NCBI GenBank assembly: GCA_964276515.1
Contig: OZ193909.1
Coordinates: 6,944,001-7,008,000, forward strand
Direction of reading: 5' to 3'
DNA: 64,000 nucleotides
Origin: Gordius albopunctatus
Lineage: Eukaryota
The translations under genes were made by a program, and so were the position numbers. Below, piece after piece: positions 42,196 through 54,898 of this stretch (the stretch's first letter is position 1; each line of letters begins with the position of its first letter). The notes under the pieces were generated by a model. It was not told where the DNA came from and did no database searches. It saw nothing but the letters and a program-made list of their open reading frames with translations.

Positions 42196-42807
42196 ATATC
42201 CTTTATTAACATTATATAAGCGTCTGGTACACCATTGGAAATCAGGCTATCTCATATCAACTGCCTTGGCACTTTATCGAAAGCTTTCTCAAGATCGATG
42301 AAACACATATGAAGATCCTTTTGTTTTTCCTTATATAATTCCTTAAGTCTCCTAAGACCATATATTACATCTGAAGTCGACTTTCCATACATGAACCCAA
42401 ATTGTCGTTCATCTATTGAGATTATTTTTCGGAGTCTAGCTTCTATAACCTTTTCCCACACCTTCATTACATGACTAGTTAACTTTATCTATCGATAGTT
42501 GTTGCATTCTTGTACATCTACTTTCAATTTATAGATAGGTATAACATAGCTTTCCCTCCACTCATCAGGCCTAATACCACTTACAAGTATTTTGTTAAAC
42601 AGCTTTGCAAGTAGATGTACACCTAAGGGTCCTAGCATTTTGAAAGCTTCCATAGGTATATTATCAGGTCCCAACGCTCTACCCATGGTTATCTTTTTAA
42701 GAACCTGGTCAACCTCTTCTTCTGTCACTTCTAACTCTGGGTCATATTCATAGTTCTTGCTTTCGCAGTGGTCCGAAAACCCATTTTCACTGTTTAATAA
42801 TTATTTA

Positions 42808-44830
42808 TAGTACGCCTCTGGATTTCGAATCGAATCGGATTCGATTTTTTTTCAAAAAAAATATTCGATTTGAGATTCGTCGAATATTAAAATTAAGATT
42901 CGAATTCGATTCGAAAAAAATTTAAGGATTCGAATTCGATTCGAATATATATCAACATTTTTTAAATTAAAATTTAAATTCAAAAAAGACTAACTGTGAT
43001 TTTTATTGCATATATATTTAAAAAATTTATTCAAAAATCTTTAAGAGTACACACATTGAAAATAAAAAGATAAAAGGCGAACAAAAGATTAAAGCGATAT
43101 GAGTAAAACAATCAACAAATGTTTTTTAGCCAATTTTTAAGACAAATTATTTTCCTAACACTTTCTTCCTTAAAGGATTGCTTGTGTTTCGTCAATAAAT
43201 TTGTACCAGTTGAGAATATTCTTTCGCAGGTGGTAGATGATCCTGGTATGGAAAGAAGATTTTTGCAATTTTTTGGATGCTGGAAAACGACGTTGTTTCG
43301 ATTTCCACCATTGTAAAGGCTCAACATTGGAGGCCACCCGTGGTTCGTTTAAATATGTCTCCAATGGAGACTTCGCGTTCATATCACTTTTAAATAGACG
43401 ATCGAGGGCTGATACCTCGCTAGTTGGGACAAAATCAAGCTGACTTCCTATAGCAGCTTCCAAGTCATCTTTAATTTCGCTATAAGATATGTCGTGTATT
43501 GGTGATAAACACTCAAAATATTGAATTTTGAGTCTTGGATCGACGACACTCGCTAATAAGGCTATTTTCTTATTAAATGCCATATATTTTTCAATTTTAT
43601 GCTTAGCCATTTTAACAGCATGATCTTCTACGGTGGCCAAAGTTTCTATAAGTTGGTAATATACGGGTAATACTAAATTCATCGTGGGATATTGCTCCCC
43701 GGATATTAAATTAGTGGCACTGTAAAAGGGAAAAAGTAGGAATTTACGCCTTTCAATTTCTTCCCATTCGACGTTGGATAATAATTCCTCTTTGTAGAAC
43801 TTAAAGGCTAAATCGTCCAATGCCTGCCTCATTAAAATAGCCTTTTCAATCATTATGTAGGTGCTATTCCACCTGACTGCCATGTCGAGTTTCACCTTTA
43901 TGTAATTGATAGGCGGGTCAAATTCTTTGCAAATAGCCTTTAGTCGTGATATATTTTTGGGCTGTCTGGCTATTTTTATCAAGGTCCTTAATTTAATTAA
44001 ATTACGATCTACATTCTCCATAACCTGTTTAGCTGCTAGGTTTATGATGTGTCCCATACAGCGAACACCCACAATATTTAACGAGGGGTATTTACTTGAG
44101 AGGACCTCAATAAATGAAACATTATTCCTGTCATTATCTAAGGTAATTGAACAATCGTTCAAGCTGATGCCATTATTGTTTAATATTGTTAGAAAAACAT
44201 CACATATGTTTTCTCCTGAATGTTTATCAATAAATGGATGGCAATCTACTAAAATATTTTCTAGCTCCCATTTATCATTAATAAAATGACATGTTATTGC
44301 TAGGAATGGGACCCCAATGGGAGATGACCATATGTCAATGGTGTAATTCAATTGTGAACAAACTTGTGATAATTTTAATTTAATTTGTTTTGATGTTTCT
44401 ATATAGACTTCGTCTAAATATTTTTTCATTATATCTGATGTATAAATCTGCATAGTTGTACTTCTAGCCAATTGAAATTTTTTGAAATTTAAGCTGTTTA
44501 AGGCTTTGAATGATATATTACATTCTACCATCCATTTTAACAAATAATGCTTATCATCATATTTAGGATTTAAATATTTTTGAATATTTTCATTTTCATC
44601 TTTAAGGGGCTTTGTATGGAAACTTTTATAGTGCTTATTTAAAGCTGAAGTCGTTCCTGATTTGTTGTATACGAAGACTTTAAAGCAATGGTTGCAAGTT
44701 GCTTTATTAAGTGATTTGTCATGGGTGAAATGGTCCCATATTATAGATTTTTTTCTTTTTATCTCTTCAACATCAAAATTATCTAAATGTAACTAACAAT
44801 ACAAATAGGAATTAAAAAATATGTTAAAAT
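42808..44830 (-). mobile_element. hAT transposon (BED finger + DDE transposase), one end missing, nested in the LINE
   Basis: Terminus tagtacgcctctgg at 42808 with TTCGAA repeats. The reading frame extends upstream of the called ORF through a BED finger (SIIWDHF...CNHC...GTTSALNKHYKSFH). Motifs DIWS, TLDN, RCMGH, RWNST; dimerisation motif SSTTCERIFS follows a frameshift at ~43270. Confidence 0.92.
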
Positions 44831-46155
44831 ATAGAAAAGTAGGGGAGACTAAAGCTATATCTTTACCGAGATCATACATGCCCTCATAAATAATTCACTT
44901 CACATATGCCAATCGTGTTTCTTCACTTCTTTTGTCTGACCATAATTTGTAAAGCTTTCTTTTCAATTTGACCAGGCGTTGCACGTCTTCATTCCACTAC
45001 CATGTCTCCTTATCTTTTTGTATACCTGGTTTACCTTCTCCTAGAACACACCTCGCTACTGATCGTACCGTGTTAGCTATGTTATTCCACATATCGTTAG
45101 CATTCTGCTGATCATCTATTTCCAGCCGTTCAACTATTTGATCATTGTAAATATCTTTCCATTTTGGTAGCCGGAACCATTTGATTTTCCCATTTAATCT
45201 CTTCGGCTTTTGTATTTTCGCCTTGTAGATGGTATAGTCCATCACAACAAGTCTATGCTGGGCTGCAATAGCCTCACCTGGTATCACCTTACAATCTCAT
45301 ACATTCTTTAATTCCTTTCTTGATATTAGGAGAAAGTCAATCTGCGAAGATTGATTTCCACTTTTGTACGTTATTAGGTGATTTACATTCTTTTTGAAAA
45401 AGGTATTTATGATGGCCCAATCAAATGCTACGGCTTTTTCAATATTTCGTCGCCTTCATCGTTTCTCGCTCCGTATCCATTTCCACCATGGTACCGTTCA
45501 AATTCTTCTCTTGTTTTGTCTACATGACCATTCATATCCGCTCTAATTATAACTATCTCGGCTCTGGATATCATGCTTAGCGTTTCGTCTTGCGGAGCAT
45601 ATCCTGAAACTACATTAATCATTTGACCTTCTAGCATAGTTTCAACATCATGAGTCGCCAAATTTTTCTTTGTACCTCAATTACTTTATCTTGCAGATGT
45701 GAGGCTAGTATGATTGCCACGCCATTTTTATTCGTTTTCTAGGCCATTGAAGTAAAGTTTATAGCCTTCACCTATCATCCTTGCCTTTGCACCTTTCCAT
45801 CTTGTTTCCTGTATATACACGCTATATCGACCCTTCGCTTGATGAGGGTGTCAGCAACTTCTCGGCATTTTGCCGTCATCGTTTCAACATTTAGCGAGCC
45901 TACTCTCAATCTCGTCCTTAGCGAACTAATTTCTTTAACTACATCCGTTTGCGGAAGATGTAGTGACCCTCGTTGACTTTTCACATGATACGGGCGCCTA
46001 CCATGCGCTTCATTTACGGAGGACGCCCTAGCGCTTTCATTACTTTCATTATAATCAACTTTCATATAACACTTGGATCAGGGGTGACGCTCGGCTATCC
46101 AGGCCTGACAGCCATGTTGACGATGTGAGATATTTTTTAATCTTTGAAATATGTG

Positions 46156-46222
46156 TTGGAGGTGGTATCGAACCAGCAACCCATTGCTTCAAAGTCTAAA
46201 CTTATATCCACTACGCCCCTAC
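46156..46222 (-). other. tRNA-derived sequence (SINE head / Pol III cassette), not a canonical tRNA
   Basis: Minus strand reads ggggcgtagtggatataagtttagactttgaagcaatgggttgctggttcgataccacc: A-box-like GGCGTAGTGG, CT-TTG-AA loop and B-box GGTTCGATACC. The stems pair poorly. Confidence 0.55.
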
Positions 46223-46601
46223 CTTGCCTTAAAATTACTATAACTAATTGCCAAGCTTTAAATGGTCAAATCGTAAAAAGTGACAACAAGGCCAAGCAGG
46301 TGTTCAAAAAAACTTTGCTAAACAGGTGTTTTATAACAAGCTAAATAGCAATGCTTGATCCATTCTGTCATGGGCGTAGCCCAGGGGAAAGTAGGATAGG
46401 GCGGCGTCCCCCTTTTAGTCCAAATCAAAATTTAAAATAAGAAAAAAATTATGGAATAAATGTCAAAAAATATCATATTATATTAACTCTCCCCAAATCA
46501 CTATTGCCCCATCTTGTTCCTATTCTTGCTACACCCATGCATCCAGTTTCTTTAAAAAACACTTTTTTAAGTAGATCGGCCCTAACGGGTATGCAGGGAC
46601 A

Positions 46602-47372
46602 CAGTGGCGTAAATGAGGGGGGGGGGGCAAAAATTTGAAAAGTTTTTTGATTAATAATCAAATTAAATGGGTTAAAATATTATATTTTAGTTACATCAAA
46701 GACTTTAAGATACTTACAAAAACCTGAAAACATAATATATACATTTAATTCTTTTGATTTAATTTTTGTCAAAATTAATTGTAAATTTCCGAATATGATT
46801 ATGAAAATTGGTATGAAAAAAAAGCTAATTTGAACATTTATTTCCCGTGAAAACACCAGACCGCCCCAGGAAGTAGATAACTAAGCGTTTATTATAATGT
46901 TCCTCATTCTACATAATATCAATACTTTTATCATTTATCATATTTGTCTAAAATTTTCTGCTAGATCCCATCACGGTTTAACTAAATTGCCTGCCAAGGC
47001 CAGCCAAAACCCTTTAATTGCCCAATTCACTAATTTTGTCCTAACACCCGGCCCAAAATGACAATTTTAAATCTCAAGAATTGATTTTGTCCTATTTTCA
47101 AACATTTTTGATCTAATTCTAGAATTTTTATAAATAAAAAGGCGAAAAAAAAGTAAAGCATTTAAAAAATCTCATTATGGTGCCCGCCCAGGCCTAGATA
47201 CTTAAAAATCTCAATTTAGAATGTTAAACTGCTCGACCCCTTAGCCGAGTGGGCCCAGTAGCGAGCCCGACTTTTTGGTTGTTTAATTTTTATTTTTAAT
47301 TACAAATAAAATGTAAACAAATTTTTTTTGCCAGTTGCCCCCCCCTTCGAGAAAATCCTGGCTACGCGCCTG
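46602..47372. mobile_element. hAT-type MITE (~770 bp)
   Basis: cagtggcgta ... tacgcgcctg ends with exact 8-bp TSD CAGGGACA. Confidence 0.85.
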
Positions 47373-48034
47373 CAGGGACAACATTTGAATCCTTTAACCC
47401 TTTTTAATTAATTTATTCTAGGTCTATTTATATGCATATTTTAAGATTTAAAGGAAGCTCTCATATAGTGACTAAAAGTTTTGTCAAATAGTTTGCGATT
47501 AAACAAATGTAATTTCAGGTATATCTTATGAAAAGCATTTCAAAATTTCCAATGTTTTTTTAAACTTATTGCATGCCAGATTAGCATAATCTAAGATGGC
47601 ACAACAAGGTTCATATTTTGTGAGATATTTTTCATTTGTGCTCTCCAAATATTTAGGCCAGATGGCCCTTTTTTCTTCAAGATTAAAGGCTTATAGTTAG
47701 ACACTTAACTGGCATCCTATCAATATTAAATGTAAATCTTTATTTTCTGGATTAACTTAAAATTCAAACTTTCTTAATACACTTCACACTGATCCTAATG
47801 ATTTGCACATTTTTTACCATAGTTTAGAGTTAAGGATATGCTAGGAAGATGATACAACTGCGCATTTTTCCTTTATATACGAAAATCATTCTTTCATTAA
47901 AGTAAAAATTTAAAGATCTAATAAACATTTTAACGCGGGAATTAATATTATTTTAATAATTTGTACCATAACTGTATTTAAAAGTTTCGAGATCATCATC
48001 TTTTTTCCATCTATAACTTATTTCACATATTTAA

Positions 48035-48832
48035 AGCAGGCCGGGCCGGGCAACTGTCCTAATTTTTTTTCAGGCGGGCTTGGGCGGGCGGCATGAAGAT
48101 AGGATTCGGGAAATTCTGGCTTAATAAGATTTTTTAAATAGTGTATTATTTTGTTACTTCTTATTTTATTGCATATTAAAATGCTAAAAAACTTAAGAAA
48201 CTTTATTTCGCCATCACAAAGTTTCTCCAATTAACCTTTATTATTCCCTTATCGTTCGTCGCTTTCGCTAAGTTACTACTTATTTTCATGATAAAAAATT
48301 TCTTTACCTTTCTTTTTTGCTTTAAGTTAAAAGAATTATCCATAAATTGCATTTAAATTCTAGTGATAAATTATTGTCTTTTTATCAAAAAAGTAAGTTT
48401 TAACAGAGCACAGATTGACTAATTGAACTAATTTTATTTATTCATTAAGAAGTTTATTTATGGGTAGGGCAAACGGGTTAACTCAAAAGGGGAGTATAAT
48501 TTTGTTTATTGTAATATTATTTATTAAATATGTAAACTTTAAACTTAATTAAAAATTGCTACATAAATATTTTCATGGATTTGTTTTTATTAAATATGCC
48601 ATTAATTTAATGCTTATTTTTGAATTGTGGTTGAAAGAATTTGAGATCGCAAAATTTCGGGCCTAACAAGCAAATTTAATATTTCGAGCCGGGCAGCTCG
48701 GGCAGCTTTCATTTTTCGGGCGGGTCCTGGCGGGCACCTAGAAGGTTGGGGCGGGCTCGGGCAGGCAATGAAGTTAAAAAACTGAACCGGGCCGGGTTCG
48801 GGCATAAAATTCCTAACAAATCTGACCTCTGA
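48035..48832. mobile_element. Degenerate hAT-like MITE with cgggc clusters
   Basis: Two GC-rich cgggc clusters flank an AT-rich core, as in 12002-13057. Termini unclear. Confidence 0.45.
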
Positions 48833-49068
48833 TTCAAAGCTTCTCTCTCATATTTTACGTTACTATAAAATTTGGTCAAATTGCTTTTTATCCCATTTAA
48901 TTAAATTTATTTAAAAGGAAGCATAAAAATTGTGTCATCCTATTTTAGGCGCCTACGTGTATCATCTTAATTTATTGATTTAATGTCAATTTTCAGAATA
49001 TAAAATAAACTTTGCTACCACCGTCCTGGACTAAATTAAATTAAAGCTTTAGATTTTACTATTTTTAA

Positions 49069-49685
49069 CCCTCGAGAGCATTCATGGGGTACCACGGACC
49101 CCACGATAGTTATAAACTTAAATATAAAACGCATTTAAAAGCGAATTGATCTGGCCTTTTCAGTAGCCCAATATTTTACCAAGAACTACGTTTGAGGAAA
49201 ATTTTATAACTTTTGGCCCACTACTTTTTAAAATATAGCATCTTTTTGGCCACAGGGGTCCTGTGTACCCCACGAATGCTCTCACGTAAGTTTTTTCTGT
49301 TGGGAAAAATGTGTATGTATTTTTTTTCGTTTGATGATATCTTTTACAATTTGTGTTTTTAATACATTTTGAACATTCTTTTAATAAAAAATCACGTTTA
49401 TTTTGATTTATTTTAAGGTATATGATGTCAAGAGGTAAAATAAGAGGAAGCTCTAAAATAATCAAAATAAAAATGGGGTTCCAGAAAATCGTTAATAAGT
49501 TTTGTAATATTAATTAGATTCATATCAAAATTTATACCATCAATCTTAAGACCTTTATAAACACATTTTTAAAATTTGAAAGGCTTAAAAAGAATACTTT
49601 AAAAGTTTTAAGAAGTTAAAAAATTGGCTCAAATATACCCCACGAATGCTCTCGCGTTCGGGATTTTCAGGAATGCTCTCGAGGG
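49069..49685. mobile_element. piggyBac-type MITE (617 bp)
   Basis: TTAA|CCCTCGAGAGCATTC ... GAATGCTCTCGAGGG|TTAA: perfect 15-bp TIR and TTAA TSD. Confidence 0.92.
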
Positions 49686-51876
49686 TTAAATGAAAAACAC
49701 ATTTAGTATCTTCGAAATTGTTGAACCTTCTTGATGTGAAAACCACTGCATAGAATCGGCAATATTTCATTAGATAGCTCGCCTATTAAAATCTTTTGCA
49801 TGTGCGTCAGGATTTTAAATCAACTAGTTCCAAAGTCTAGCAAAAACCTTATTAACTTAAAATTTTGAGAATAATATATAAAAATGATCAACCTTTGGTC
49901 TTTAAGAAGTTAAAGCTTATATTTAAATCTTTTTCACAAATTTCACAGCCATATATAGCCTCGCACGTTTTTTATTTAATTGGCTAAATTGAAACTGCAT
50001 AGTCAAAGGTTTGTGAATTAATTAAATGACTTTTGGTTAATACATTTCTGTTGTTGGTTAAATTTGATTAACAATATTAATTAATGATGAAGCCAGGATG
50101 TGGGAATCAAAGTTATTTAAGGGTTGAAACGGAACTAAAAACACATTTAAAATTTAACAAAAGTGTTTAGAATATGGGAAAAATTGTTTGCAAGAAAAAT
50201 AAATGGGATTAATTACAAAAATTATGATTAAGTTTAAAGAAAAATATTAATTTTCGTCTTTAGCCCAAACAAAATATTTAAATTTACTCGACATTCAATT
50301 ACATTTTTAAGTTTTTTTTGGCTTTTTAATAAAAAAAATTATGGAAATTAAAATAGCTTCCTAAGTTGCTAATGAATTCACTAAGAGAATTTACCGCAAC
50401 TCAAAAATCTTGTATCCTTGTAAGCATCGTAAATCCTATAATTTTTTGAAGTTTATTCGGTATAAAACAAACATTTTTAATTTGACCCTTAAAATTAAAA
50501 ACTTACAAAATAATTACAACTTTACGGCATAAATTATAAAAATCTATGGTTTTAATATTAAAATACACGCTATTTCGTAGGTTCTATAAATTTTCCTGTA
50601 CCTTATATAAAATTATGTTGATTAATATGGGATAAAATTAAACAAACACTCTACAAGTTTTAAACTGGGAAAGATTTAAAATAGTTTGAAGACTAAATAA
50701 CCTTAGATCGAGTAGGAAAAATAAATAAATTACTTTTTATTATTTTTAGGTAGCCTTAATCTAAATCTCCCCTGTTAGGGATTAAAGAAACTAGCTCATT
50801 TATTAAGTGTAGGTATTATTAAAATAATTAAAAATTAAAGAGAGAGATTTTTAAGACAGTTAGACATTGGCCACTATATGTATGAGCAATAGCGATTATC
50901 CAGCAGTTACAGTTAGTTCATCTTAGAGGCCGAGCTTGGGCGGTTGCTTTAAAATAAAACAACTGGCCCAGCTTGGACTGGCCGTAATGTAACCTAGCGG
51001 GCTTTAAAAAGCGTTTACAAAATGAATTAATTTTTTTTTGAGTTTTAGAAAGTTTAAAACAAAGGTGTCTTTATAAAATATTCTAATTTATAATCATTTC
51101 ATTTTTATTACATTAACAAGGAAAATTAAATTGCATTTTCATCTTAATTGATGCCTTCATCAATAACTTAACGCGCACTATAAGTGTTAATTAGAGATTA
51201 TATATGCACCTAATCCCATGGGTGTAGCCACTAGCCAGGATATAAAAAGTAAGAGGCGGTAATGATTTATGAAGGGGAAAAAAATGTTTTTTAAAGAAAT
51301 TTTGGATTTAGAGAACCGGCAGCTGTCCGTCATTGCCTCCTCATTTATAACGTCTATCAACTGGAGTAAATTAACAATATTAATTGCTATTAGATGAGCT
51401 TTCATCAAAAATTTAAAAGCAAATTTCAAAGATTATTATCTTTTCTTCAAATTTCCTCTATAGATCACTGCTCTTCATTCCATGTCAGTAAAACAGAAGA
51501 TTTAAAATGGTAGAGAAGCTAAAAAGCCATGCAACTTTATCAAAAACATGTAACATTAAATAAGGTTTTAAAAGTATTTTACTTGGCGGGGATTTATTGA
51601 TAATTATTTTTACATGATTATTATTAACATTTGTAACACATGGTAAAAAAATTACAATCTAAAATAAAATCAAAATAAATCTTTTCATAAAGGACTGGGC
51701 CGGGCTCAGGCTCTGTATAAAATTAGCGGGTCCAACCCGAGCCTATAATTTAATATTGACTTGTCCGGGCGGAGCCGGGGGTTTTAAATTTTTATAACGG
51801 GCGAAACGATTTTAAACAGACCCGTTGTACGTCTTTACTTTAGTCCATAGCCCATTAAACTCTAAGTCTAATAGTA

Positions 51877-52161
51877 CTATAGACTGGCGAACAGCTGATA
51901 ATTTTCAAAAAGGGTGTTCGCCACCTTAGGGGCACATATTAAAAGGAATGTATTTTGCGATTTTAATATTTAACTTTAAAAATTTATATTAAGCTTATAT
52001 CACCTAACAAAAGCCCTTAACGAAGGAAAAAAACTTATGTTGATGAAAAAATTTAAAACCTCATAATAATATTTACTTAAAATTGTATAAAACGTCTCAT
52101 TAGACGGCTTAAGTTGACTAATAAATTTCAACGCAAAAAACACCTGTTCGTCAGTCTATAG
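51877..52161. mobile_element. TA-flanked MITE (Tc1/mariner-type)
   Basis: TA|ctatagactggcgaacag ... ctgttcgtcagtctatag|TA, an 18-bp TIR with 1 mismatch. Confidence 0.75.
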
Positions 52162-53584
52162 TATAAATAATCTATGAAAAATACACTGCTAAATCGCCTC
52201 TAAAAAGTGTTCTGAATTTGGCATCCAAATTGCTCATTTAAACTAAATGGCTAAGAAAAAGCTTATAATAAAACTGTCTACACCTTATATATCTATTTTG
52301 GTATAATAAAATCAAACCAGTTAGAATATTATCAGCTTGAGCCATTTATAATTAATTGGCGATAAATAATTTTAAGCATTATTTTATTAAACCCAAAATC
52401 TTAAACGTAAAAAACATCATATTTACGATCTTATATTTTACACAAAAAAATCTTTTTTATAAGTTTCAAAGCTCTTACTATAAATAAAGTTTTATTCAAA
52501 ATTTTAAACTAATCATAAATATATATAAATTATTTTGAAATTATTTTTCCCTAATATTTAGAGATAAAGAGTTAGGTTTTAAAAAATTATTATAAACATA
52601 GATACGAAAACTACTGCATCAATATAAAAATTCAAATCTTACTCACTAATATATATAAATTTTAGCTAGATGCAAATTTTTGTCAAAGCATGAATTGATT
52701 TGCCCTTATTTTACTATTAGATAAGGATAATTTTTAATTATATAATTGATATTATGGTTTTTGAAATGATACACGTTGGAATAGTTTTTTGTAGTCATGG
52801 ACACATATTATTTTAAAGGTTTAATTTATGGCAATACTTTAAAAATTAAATGCTTAAAATTTTTACTCGTAACTTCAAATAATTTATAAATTATCGCTAA
52901 TTGTCAAAAAATTAAGTTGCCCATGTGGTAACTATTTAGATTAAAATCAATAGATATTATCAATAATTGTTGACTTATAGTCATAAAATACTTTTTAGGA
53001 AAGTAATGATCAATAAACTCCTTAGCACTTTTAGAGAATAATATAAGCGTTGACTAGCTTTCATTAAAAATCCAATTTAGGTAAGAAAAATTTTTAATTT
53101 TTAGTGTTGTTAATTTCAACACCTAACAAGTGACCCATACTAAATTTAGCAAGAATCTTGTAAAATAATGAGCTCGATATTAATGAAGTAATAACTAGTT
53201 TTTAAAGATAACTTTTATTTCTACACTCTAATTTAGGTTAATCTATTAAAATAGAATAGAGGTCGGGATAAGTAGTAGTGGACTAAGTATACCCCATCCC
53301 TTTTTTGCGTTCATATTTTTTCCTATGGCTAGAGATTTACGAATCTAAAATTTGTTATATTACTAAAATTTTATAATTATATTTATTAGTATCGTAGCAG
53401 GCTAGGGATGAGTTTATTAATTTTCAGGTATAGGTAAATTAATTAAAAAGTTTCATGTCTTAAAATTTACATTTTTGAGGATAAGGATTATAGTTTCAAT
53501 GCGTTAAAAATAAATAAAACAACCTAATAATTTCTTTGTTTTTTAGATGAGCCTTTAAATAATTAAATACCCAGTCATCTATAC

Positions 53585-54898
53585 ATGGCTGACCATATAT
53601 ACTCGATAAATGAGGCCCATCTAGTTCTCAAAACTCCGCCCTTGAACGTAAAAATTGGTATTTTGCTCTTGTATTCCATCATAGTGATAATCGGGACCGT
53701 TGGAAACGTTGGTGTTTGTTACATTCTGTTTAATTTATCTTCCTCTAACATCTTCAACTCGCGCCGTCCGCTTACCCGTCCCTCCAGCGTCCCCAACCCA
53801 ACAACCGCCTTGAGTCAATGTCCCACTACCGGAATTACGAGATCTAAATCGGTGGCTTGGGTAAATTGGCAAAAGAGGAAAAAGTCCCTGACATCTAAAC
53901 GGGACAGCGTGGCGACAAAATCACAAAGGTTGAGGAGTCAAAACGATACAAACTCGGAGGGGAGGAGCGTTCCTCACCATTGGTCCACGACAAACTTTTT
54001 TCTATTCACCTTAGCCATATGCGACCTGATACTCCTCATATTGTGCGTGCCCTTTAACGCCGTCAGCGATTACATACTGGCTTGGTGGCCTTTTGGTAAA
54101 TTCATGTGCCGAGCCATAGCCTACACCCAAGCCATATCGGTATTAATGAGCGCGGCTGTGATGCTGGCCATCAGTGTAGATCGCTATTTCGCTATCGTAC
54201 TCCCTTTAACAACTTCGTCGGGTAGGCGCATAACATTGTCACAAGCCAAGTGTCTCGTGTCAGTGTTATGGTTAATTTCTGCCCTCATACCTCTACCCAT
54301 ACCCATTGCTACTCAATTGCTAAAAGTCATAGTCAGGGATTATCGACAACAACCCGAATCAGAGATTGGGGTTCAACTCATAGCCGAACCACAATTCATG
54401 ATTTATGACCAACAACGTACTACGTGGAGACATTCTCAAAGTACCTATAAAAATCTAATGATGCCTTCACGTTTTAATATTGATGATAGCGAAGAATTTG
54501 CACCTTCATTGCCAAAAAACAAAACGAAGGAATGGTATTTACTCAAAAGAGTCACGTTGAAGAAAAATTCGATCGCGTCGCGGTTATTGCATATAAACAG
54601 CTCATCTCTATCAAATCTCACACATAAATTTCTTCCACGTCATATTCATTCTTACCAACAAATAAACAAAACAAAAAGAGTCAGCTACGTCAAAACTTAT
54701 TACTTTTGTAGGGAACGATGGAAAAATATAAAGGGAAAATTTCATTTTAGTGTAGTCTGGATGGTCGTGCAATACTTCTTCCCCTTGGCCTTGATAGCTT
54801 TCGTATATATTGGGATTGTAGTTAAATTGGCAAAAAGAATCATACCCGGAGAACCGCATTCTGAGAGGGACTTTAGACTACGCCGATCTAAAACCAAA
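53585..54898 (+). CDS. Class A neuropeptide GPCR, RYamide/luqin-receptor-like, coding exon 1 (TM1-TM5)
   Basis: TM1 GN, TNFFLFTLAICD, WPFGKFMC, ISVDRY, TM4 W..P, VQYFFPL. GT donor at 54899 after RRSKTK (438 codons, phase 0). In-frame TAA at 53564 upstream of the ATG. Confidence 0.9.

Larger units (their letters stand above)
41233..46130 (-). mobile_element. RTE-clade non-LTR retrotransposon (APE endonuclease + RT), decayed, interrupted by a hAT element
   Basis: APE motifs RVGSLNV, GYAPQ, ADMNGHV, QHRLVV. RT motifs GPDNIP, NYR, QFGF, FIDLEKAFDKVPR, GVHQGS, LFVDD, YLGS, YGAETW, RLRWYGH, RGRPK. Several stops and frameshifts; short A-rich tail. Confidence 0.92.

Noticed and set aside
41555..44289. 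Plus-strand ORFs 41555-42118, 43237-43443 and 43906-44289
   Set aside because: Antisense shadows of the LINE RT and hAT transposase frames.
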